Assembly (NCBI RefSeq): GCF_000012805.1
Contig: NC_007484.1
Location: 3,090,001 to 3,122,000, forward strand
Length of the DNA stretch: 32,000 bases
From: Nitrosococcus oceani ATCC 19707
Lineage (GTDB): Bacteria; Pseudomonadota; Gammaproteobacteria; Nitrosococcales; Nitrosococcaceae
Reading direction: 5' to 3'
Part shown: positions 24,843-32,000 of the stretch, piece by piece
Numbering within the stretch: the stretch's first letter is position 1
Layout: the number at the start of each line of letters is the position of its first letter
The notes under the pieces: generated by a model
The model's input: the letters and a program-made list of their open reading frames with translations, nothing else
Told to the model about the DNA's origin: nothing
The model's database searches: none
Translations under genes and position numbers: made by a program

Positions 24843-27325
24843 TTATGGAATTCGATATTGAATCAATAAACCAATAACATTAACTTCAAAATCATTAGGG
24901 GTGGCCATGAGAAAAAGATGGTTATTAATCAATGGATTCAGTCCTTCAAAGTGCCAGTCGCGGATGGTCCCCCGTTCATAGCGGTGTAATAAACGTAACG
25001 CCAAGTTTTTGCTGATGTTCCAGCGCAGATTCGTCTCCAGTATGTGGCGGGTATACCGTAGATCGGGAAAGGAATTGCCAATCGTATCCAAAGCCAATTC
25101 AGGGTTTGCCAGCGCCAGATTTGAGACTGCCTCATAATCGACCTCACTGCGTGACCAATTAAAAGAGTAGTTGCCATCGAAGATAAAGCGATCAAATTGG
25201 TAGTAAAAACCAAACCCAAGGGCAGAGTTAGTTTCATCCACGTTCTCCTGCCAGGCGGCCCTTAAGGGAAAGGTGGCCCCACCTGCATTCGGATCAGTGG
25301 AAAAGCCTGCATCGTTAATATTGGCCATAGCGTTGGTTTTGGTTTGATAACTGCCGAATACATAGGTGCTCAGTTGGGCAGAGGGCTGGTAATTCCATTC
25401 CAGATTGACGGTATTGCTTTCATCCTGAAGAAGGCCGAAACGGGCATCAAAATCGTTGTCAACCCGAGCGAAGGAAAGCGAGAGATCCATATCTTCCCGC
25501 AGCAGCACATTCGCAAGGCCACAGAAAAGGTGTTGTTTCCGGTCACTCAAATCAAATTTACGCAGATCCGCCAGTGTGAAAGGAGTTGTCCCGGCGGGTG
25601 GACGGGAGCTAAATCCGGGCAGAGAATTAGTAAAAAACGACGTATAGGGGTCAAAGCGATAGGGACTGTCCGTACGGTCTGAGAATTCATAGGAAAAGCG
25701 AAACGTAGCCCAGGAAACTGAACGATTAGAGGTGCGGACTATGAACCGATTCTCGGTAGTTTTATCCCGCTCCCGATAGTCCCGATCAATCTCCTCCCGT
25801 TGGTAGCCTAGGCTCAGAACCGTTTTGGGAATGAGACGATAATCGGCGTTAAAGGACCAATTTATCTTGCGCTGGGCAAAGGGAACATTGCGAAAATGAA
25901 AAGGTATGGCCGATTGGTTCGGATTAAAGACAAAGCCACGGCCGGGATCAGCTCCATCCTCCACAATATAGCCAATCTCGCCCGCCAGGGGGTTGAAGGC
26001 CGTATAGTCGGTGTCATTATCTTCATCATAGTAGCGAAAATCCGCTCGCAGGGTGAGAGGATCAAAGGGGATTAGCCTCAAGCCTGTCTGGAATAGCCAG
26101 GTATTGATTTCGGCGTTGGCAGTTTTCCGTCCCAGAGCCGCGGTGGTATTCCAGTTACTCAAGTCAATACCTGCTGCGGATTGGCCCGAGTTGATGGTGG
26201 GGGGGAGCAAGTCATCATCTTGATGCATGCGGGACCAAGCGGCAGTGGAAGTAAACAGTCCCCTGAGGGGGAGTACATAACTGAAATCTAGTTTCACATT
26301 ATGAAAATCGTTATCAGGGTATAGTGCAAAACGGCCTCGCTCAACGGCGAAAGAATCTCCTGGCAGATTTTGGAATGGGTTTTCCCAGCTCAGTGCCTGG
26401 TTATGATTGCGGAAAAAGGAAGCGTTATAAGTAAAATTTAGTTGGTACTGATTGTGTCCATAATTAATACCGGCGAGTAAATTATGGGTTCGGTAGTCAA
26501 TCGGTTCCACTGTTTCCACCACCCCCCCTGCCGTGCCGCCGCATAAAAAGGGGCAAGAAAAGTGCCGCCAAAAGGGCGCCCGCCCGTCCTGTTCTCTTGC
26601 GTATAGCGGGTATACATTCTAAAGCGGGTGCTGGGTGTGATCTCAAACCCCAGCCCTCCTTTGGCCCGGGATAAATCCAGAGAGCGGCGGGAAGCTGATT
26701 CCAATGCGGTGCGAATATCTGCCGTTGAGTTATCGCCGGGGATTAGCCCGGGGGGCAGCAAAAGCTGGTCGCTGCCTACTCCCTCGAATAAGGTGATGGC
26801 ATTGGTTTCGAATACATGGGGGATTTCATTGAAAAACCCCATCAGCTTAAATAAGCCATACTGCCCGCCTTGGGCCAGGTAATATTGATCCTTCCTGTCC
26901 ACTCCGCCCCCCGATAAATCAAGAAAGTAACCGTTATCTTCCCGCCAGGCGGAGAGATTAAAATAATTGAGAAGGGGGCCTTCGCTCCAGTCACTATACT
27001 CGATGAAGTTCTCGGGTGTGTCCCCATCATCGTCCAGGAGAAAACCGCCTTCCAGGCTGCCCCGGTAGCGCCAGGCGTTTATTTTTCCAAATTCCGGCGG
27101 TTTAAAAGGAGGCGCATACAGCAAGCCCGTGGGAGATTGGGAAAAAGTTTCTTTGAAAGTCGCTAAACCCCGTTCATCCCGTCTTTGCGTGGTATCGATC
27201 CCCGTGGGGTTGAGAGTATTGGCAAAGAGGGTATTGACCCCGTTTGCTGAATTCGCTTGGGTAGTCTCGGCTATGGCCAAACATAGCCAAAGAACAAGAA
27301 GCACGCATGGGGCTTTTGATAACAT
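24843..27325 (-). pseudogene. MtrB/PioB-family outer-membrane beta-barrel (porin partner of the decaheme cytochrome), frameshifted
   Basis: The N-terminal ORF (signal MLSKAPCVLLVLWLCLAIAETTQA) and the 559-aa ORF overlap in different frames. The reading switches at the C7 run at 26522..26528 (..AARQGG to VVETVEPIDYRTH..). It is large and rich in Y/F/N/D beta-strand text, ends in ..LIQYRIP, and sits directly downstream of the MtrA-like gene. Confidence 0.75.
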
Positions 27326-27329
27326 CGCC

Positions 27330-28312
27330 TCAGCGATGGAAACGAACCCCCGAGGGATGATTAGAACCATGGATTTGAGCATGACAGTTTTGACAACTTC
27401 GGTTCATCAGCCGTGCATCGGGCCTTAAACCAGCGGGAAGGTTAGTCATGGTCAAGAGATCGTTGGGATGCCCTCGATTGGTATGGCATTGCTGGCATAA
27501 AAAGGGCCGCGCTACCGACAGTAAATTTTCATGGTTGGAGCCATGGGGTAAATGGCAATTTAAGCAGTTTTCCCGAACGGGAGCATGCTCCCAGATAAAC
27601 GGTCCCCGTTTTTCAGCATGGCATTGGTAGCAAACTTGGTTTACCGTATCGGCCTTGAGAAGGGGCGTGGTGTTTGAGCCGTGGGAATTATGGCAATCAA
27701 CACAAGAAAGCTTGCCTTCTAGCAAAGGCATATGGGAGCGTTTGCGAAACTGGACCCGCTGTTGTTGATGGCAGGTAAAGCAAGTTTGGCTGATACTTGC
27801 TTTTTTTAGCAGCCCATCCTGGGAGAACTGCGCCATTGGGTTATGGCAGTCGCTGCATCCGAGATCGTTGACTTGATGGGTGGAGCCTAGCCAGTAAATC
27901 CTCTCTCTGCCCCGGTGACATTGGAGGCACATGGCGTTTTGCTGGAGAATAGAAGACTCGGAGCCCCGGGTAAAAGCCATGATTTTGGATTTGCTGGCAG
28001 GTTCGGCAATATGGTTAGTCCGGGTCCATGGCAGGCTTCACAGCCCTTGGTTTGGAGCGAATTCTGGGGATTAAGATAAAAAACTCTCGCGTGGACAGTG
28101 TGACTCCAATGGCTATTTTCAACTTGGTGGCAGGCTACACACATGCCCTCCCCCACGTAGGTAGCATCAGCCTGCGCTGGGTTACCAAGAGGCGGACTAT
28201 CGGCGGCGGGTAGTGTAGATCGGCAACCGGTCATCAGAGAGAGTATTCCCACTACCGTCAGAAATGCTAACTTCTGCCAAATATTTATATTTAATAGCGT
28301 AATCTTCATCAA
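27330..28312 (-). pseudogene. MtrA/DmsE/MtoA-family periplasmic decaheme c-type cytochrome, frameshifted
   Basis: There are ten CxxCH motifs in total, 2 in the 141-aa ORF and 8 in the 216-aa ORF. The frames switch just after CEACHGPG, around 28015..28025. The alternative frame there reads TNHIAEPASKSKIMAFTRGSE and joins the second ORF. Confidence 0.85.
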
Positions 28313-28352
28313 GGATGAGTATAGTCCTATTATTGATAGGTAAAAGTGCGGG

Positions 28353-29210
28353 ATGAGCTACCTCCATCAGATTAAGGCTTGCAATAGCTATACGCTAAAG
28401 GACTTCCGCCCCTTTTATGTAGACGAGGTTCAGATAGGCCATATCCGATCTTCCTTTGCGGAAAAACTCCGAAGCTGGCCAGCGGTTTTTCGGGTGTCTC
28501 CGGCAGCGGTATATCTCGCGCCTGATCTCCACTCTTTTGCAACCCGGACAGAGAAGGTAAAAACTGTCTTAAAAGCATTGGTGGAGGAAGGCGCTCTTCC
28601 CCGCTGGCATGGGGAAGAATACCCGGTGACCGCTTCCTCCCGGGAAGCAGCGCTATTTGCCATTGACCGGGGGGCGGCCCCTTACTTTGGCATCCGGGCT
28701 TTTGGCCAGCATCTAAATGGTTTCGTCAATGACGGGGACCAGTTGAAAATATGGATTGGCCGACGTTCCCCCAATAAATGGAACGCGCCGGATAAGCTGG
28801 ATAATCTCGTGGCTGGGGGCGTGCCCCATGGAGTCCCGCTGCGGGAAAATCTAGCCAAGGAGTGCTGGGAAGAAGCAGCCATTCCCCCTGAACTTGCCGC
28901 CCAGGCGCTCTCCGTGGGCTATATTTCTTACCGCATGGAAACCGCCCAGGGTTTCAAACCGGATGTGATGTATTGCTACGATTTGGAATTGCCCCCTGAC
29001 TTCGTCCCCCAATGCCAGGATGGCGAAGTGGAGGAGTTTTATCTATGGCCCGTGGAAAAAGTAGCGGCGTTAGTCCGGGAGACCAATTCATTTAAGAAAA
29101 ATTGCAATCTGGTGATTATCGATTTTCTGATACGCCGGGGTTTTATCACGCCAGAACATCCCGATTACCTGGAAATGGTGGCGGGTTTGAGAGTGCCGTT
29201 GGAAGCGTAA
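28353..29210 (+). CDS. Nudix hydrolase with an N-terminal DUF4743-type domain (thiamine-pyrophosphokinase-related family)
   Basis: 285 aa. The Nudix box GGVPHGVPLRENLAKECWEEAAI fits Gx5Ex7REUxEExGU, and a long N-terminal extension precedes it. Confidence 0.8.
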   Translation: MSYLHQIKACNSYTLKDFRPFYVDEVQIGHIRSSFAEKLRSWPAVFRVSPAAVYLAPDLHSFATRTEKVKTVLKALVEEGALPRWHGEEYPVTASSREAALFAIDRGAAPYFGIRAFGQHLNGFVNDGDQLKIWIGRRSPNKWNAPDKLDNLVAGGVPHGVPLRENLAKECWEEAAIPPELAAQALSVGYISYRMETAQGFKPDVMYCYDLELPPDFVPQCQDGEVEEFYLWPVEKVAALVRETNSFKKNCNLVIIDFLIRRGFITPEHPDYLEMVAGLRVPLEA

Positions 29211-29233
29211 CCCGGGCAGTTCTTAACGCTTCC

Positions 29234-32000
29234 TTAAGAAAAAATCCAGCCGATAATATCACTATAATATAGTTGTTTTCCTTGTTCGAAATTATCCCCG
29301 ATGGATAGGGGCAGCGCGTTAATGGTATGGGAGTCAGTCACACCTCTCCGGGCTAATTGTTCCCGCCATTTTTCATGTAAGGAATCCCGGGAAAGTTCGT
29401 CAGGGGAGAAATAAGATTGCGCAAGGCATGGGTAGTTGCGTTTTTCATGAACTTTATCCTTTACGTTTTTAGCTTTTTTTTCTTTCTTATCAAGATATTT
29501 CCAGACACCGTCGTCTTCCCGATCAAACCAGAGCAAGTTCGGATTTTGATCTTTTCGGAAAGGGCAACACTGACTATGTCTTTGGGTCAATACCATTTGC
29601 GGACGAGCGCCTTCAATAAAAGACATAGCCTGTTTTGACTGCTCGGTACTTTCCAAAAGTCTCTGTAACTGACCATGTTCAAGCTGGCGCATATCGGGAT
29701 AAATATACTGGTTTTTGATTTTCTCAGCTTGAATCAGCGGTTCTTGGAGCGTAAAGCGGGCATCAATACTTTCTTGCAAGCTCTCCAGATCAAATATCTG
29801 CGCTAATGTCTCGGCCCTGTCAGATAGTTTAAAGTGCTTAGACTCCGGCCCGGGTTTGGTAAAGCGCATGGGTTGCTTATTTAAGCCCCGCATGGTTTGG
29901 CTCATTATCCGCATGTTGGGTTGACGGGCTTCCCAATGTCGCCGTTGCCGCCAAATGCGCCCGGCCATTTGAATCAAGGACCAGTAAGAATTGGGTTCGA
30001 CAATTCCCCAGTCATAGTCGTGATCCCGTCCCACTTCCGATATGGGAGAGGTGCTCACAATAACCAGTAAGTGAGTTTTTCCCTGTTGCCGACAATTTTC
30101 TAAATGGGCGCGCAAAGTTGGATGATCATGCGCTTGCCGCCCTTCTTTACGCTTCAAAAGAGTATTTAATGTTTGTTCAATGTGATGGCGGATGAGCGGT
30201 AAATGTTTGGCATGGTAGCAAATCAGCTTTACCTGAATATCATCTAAATTAGCAGGCATATTAAGCCAGTGCTTAGCAAATCCGCAGGTATGGGCAACAT
30301 TGCTCCAGCGAACGCAGCCGATGGAATAGCGAACGCCGCTTTCCGGATCGTGGCTCGCCCACTGTTGATGCAATTCCCTGCAACTCTCCATTATGTTTTG
30401 ATAAACTGCTGCCGGTCCTTCAGCAATGGGTATGAGAACGGTATCCAACCGCCGCCGCGCGGGTTGTTGCTGTAGCGTATTCAACAGGGCCTGGATAAAT
30501 CGATCATGTTGCTTGGTAAAAGCAGCATGATCAGCGACAGAGGCTAATTTGATATGGGCGGCATGATGGCTGAACCAACCGCAGCGGATAGGACCCGATT
30601 CCATGCCTTGAAGTTGCCGCCAACGATTAAAGCCGGTTTGGTAGGCGCGGTAGAAAGCGCGTGCGGTGGCCGGTGGCAAGGTAGCGGAAGAAAGCAGCAA
30701 TTTCCGCCCGTTGAAACCCACCACATAGGCAAGTTTTAATAATGCGGGCAAATCCTCGGCGGAAAAGCTGTCGATTTCGTCAATAATCAAGTCTGATCCC
30801 GCCATGCGAAAACCCAGGACGGCCGCTGATGCCCGCTGGCTTTGCAGAAACGGCATCAAGTGATCGATAGTGCAGACCAGAACAGGAACTTGTAACAGGT
30901 GATTAAGTTTGGGATTATTGGGCGCGATTATATCTTCCGGCCAGGGGGCGTCAGGATCGTAATCGAAATCAAATTCGCCGGTGATTCCTTCATACAGGGA
31001 GTCGTCCAGGGCGCTGCTTTCAACGCCGGCCTGTTCTTCCTGGGAAAACAGGTGGTTTCCTTTTTCGGCGCCTGCCTCTTCCCCAGCATTCGCCATCTCA
31101 TGAAGGGCGGTCGTTAAAGCGCCACCCACCATGATCGCGCATTGATCCCCTACGGCATCAGGCATCTTGCCAAACCCCAAATCATCACGGTATTCATCGC
31201 CAGTTTGCAAGGTCAAGGTGCGCAGTCCCAAAGCAACTGTTAACCGATAATTTTGATGGCGGTTAGCGGCAGCCAGAATGCGGGCGTTACCCCGCGTTTT
31301 GCCAGAGCCGGTTTCGGCCATCACGAGCGCGAAAAAGCCTTCCTTGGCGTTATCTTCTTGCCGTTGGATTTGGAGCACTTTGCGTTCGGCTTTTTGCTGC
31401 CAGCTAAAGGCTTCTTCTTTAATTGGAACGGTCAGGGCGGGGGGAGAGGTTTCAATGGTGCTGGCTTTACGATTATGCTGAAGTTGATGCAGCTGGTTGA
31501 AGGCTTTTCCCGAAAGTTTGCCGACTCGTTCCAAATGGGCGGCCAGCGTTTGTCGTAATTGCCCTTGTTGGCTGTTGGCGAAACAAACCTGCGCCTGGGC
31601 TGATTGGGATGGGACGGGGAGTTCCCTTTTCGCCTGGCTGGAAATGCTGTGATCCGCCAAAACGAGGGCGCAGCGAGCCATATAGCGGGCAGCGCTATAC
31701 CAAAGCACGCGATCCCGGATAGGAAGCGCGTGTTCCTGTAAGAGGTAACGGGCACGCCGGGCATGTTTGGTAATCTCATTGACCCATCTTGGCGACTGTG
31801 ACCAGGCGGGACGATAATCCGTGGCTAGCCGTAGCCCATCCTGCAATTCCTGAGATCTGTTAAGGTAGGTTTCCTCCAGCGGCGCAAAGCTATCTTCATG
31901 TCCGTCCGGTAATTTATGATGAGATATGATCAAAAAACAGAGCACGCTTAGCAAAGGCGCTAAACCCCGATCACCTTCTGCCGAACTCCATTGTGGGCGT
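29234..32000 (-). CDS. cas3: CRISPR-associated Cas3 HD-nuclease/SF2 helicase (large, type I-F-like), 5' end beyond the window
   Basis: The frame is open to the window edge (the ORF-track M is an internal TTG). The HD-domain tail is IISHHKLPDG...ALVLADHSISS. Helicase motif I is AETGSGKT, motif II is IIDEIDSF, motif III is SSATLP, and motifs V/VI are VSTSPISEVGRDHDYDW...LIQMAGRIWR. A long C-terminal domain follows. Confidence 0.85.
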   Translation of the reverse strand, partial: RPQWSSAEGDRGLAPLLSVLCFLIISHHKLPDGHEDSFAPLEETYLNRSQELQDGLRLATDYRPAWSQSPRWVNEITKHARRARYLLQEHALPIRDRVLWYSAARYMARCALVLADHSISSQAKRELPVPSQSAQAQVCFANSQQGQLRQTLAAHLERVGKLSGKAFNQLHQLQHNRKASTIETSPPALTVPIKEEAFSWQQKAERKVLQIQRQEDNAKEGFFALVMAETGSGKTRGNARILAAANRHQNYRLTVALGLRTLTLQTGDEYRDDLGFGKMPDAVGDQCAIMVGGALTTALHEMANAGEEAGAEKGNHLFSQEEQAGVESSALDDSLYEGITGEFDFDYDPDAPWPEDIIAPNNPKLNHLLQVPVLVCTIDHLMPFLQSQRASAAVLGFRMAGSDLIIDEIDSFSAEDLPALLKLAYVVGFNGRKLLLSSATLPPATARAFYRAYQTGFNRWRQLQGMESGPIRCGWFSHHAAHIKLASVADHAAFTKQHDRFIQALLNTLQQQPARRRLDTVLIPIAEGPAAVYQNIMESCRELHQQWASHDPESGVRYSIGCVRWSNVAHTCGFAKHWLNMPANLDDIQVKLICYHAKHLPLIRHHIEQTLNTLLKRKEGRQAHDHPTLRAHLENCRQQGKTHLLVIVSTSPISEVGRDHDYDWGIVEPNSYWSLIQMAGRIWRQRRHWEARQPNMRIMSQTMRGLNKQPMRFTKPGPESKHFKLSDRAETLAQIFDLESLQESIDARFTLQEPLIQAEKIKNQYIYPDMRQLEHGQLQRLLESTEQSKQAMSFIEGARPQMVLTQRHSQCCPFRKDQNPNLLWFDREDDGVWKYLDKKEKKAKNVKDKVHEKRNYPCLAQSYFSPDELSRDSLHEKWREQLARRGVTDSHTINALPLSIGDNFEQGKQLYYSDIIGWIFS

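Noticed and set aside
1-32000. CRISPR array, tRNA or rRNA genes
   Set aside because: I saw no regularly spaced short direct repeats near cas3 or elsewhere. I also saw no tRNA-like T-arm or acceptor patterns (GGTTCGAATCC-type). This was a visual scan only.

Overview
The window reads as a roughly 50% G+C gammaproteobacterial chromosome segment. Gene content resembles Chromatiales/Nitrosococcus-type genomes, but that attribution is only a guess.

(1) 1-15.6 kb is ordinary core and stress genes: pqiABC, apbE, msrB, an ABC-F ATPase, two hsp20 genes behind a sigma32-type promoter, a YgjP-like HExxH hydrolase, a DUF4139-like protein and a GH57-like protein. The 850-bp gap between hsp20 and ygjP holds a minus-strand RNA of about 320 nt. 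It is rich in GNRA/UUCG tetraloops, has its own intrinsic terminator, and I cannot assign it to a family.

(2) 15.6-24.7 kb is a visibly more A+T-rich, decaying accessory patch in which nearly everything reads on the minus strand.
- It contains a secreted protein with tandem six-Cys modules and a small membrane protein with a duplicated leader.
- It contains a HigA-like antitoxin next to a truncated toxin, hicAB, and ParE-like and Phd-like wrecks.
- It contains a run of a 151-aa ORF, a ParA-like ATPase and an OLD/AAA_15 ATPase stub, with the last two inactivated.
- It contains a PH-domain gene and a secreted-protein gene, both with in-frame stops.
- Several ORFs are followed immediately by imperfect palindromes of about 55-60 nt with RYYYAAC/GTTRRRY-like ends. 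These resemble integron attC sites in a cassette array with no integrase in view. Two further repeat families are also present.

(3) 24.8-28.3 kb is an MtrA/MtrB-type decaheme cytochrome plus porin pair, and both genes are frameshifted.

(4) A DUF4743-type Nudix gene is followed by a large HD-helicase Cas3 that runs off the right edge, with no effector genes downstream of it.

I saw no tRNA, rRNA or CRISPR array. All family calls come from motifs read by eye, and no database search was possible.
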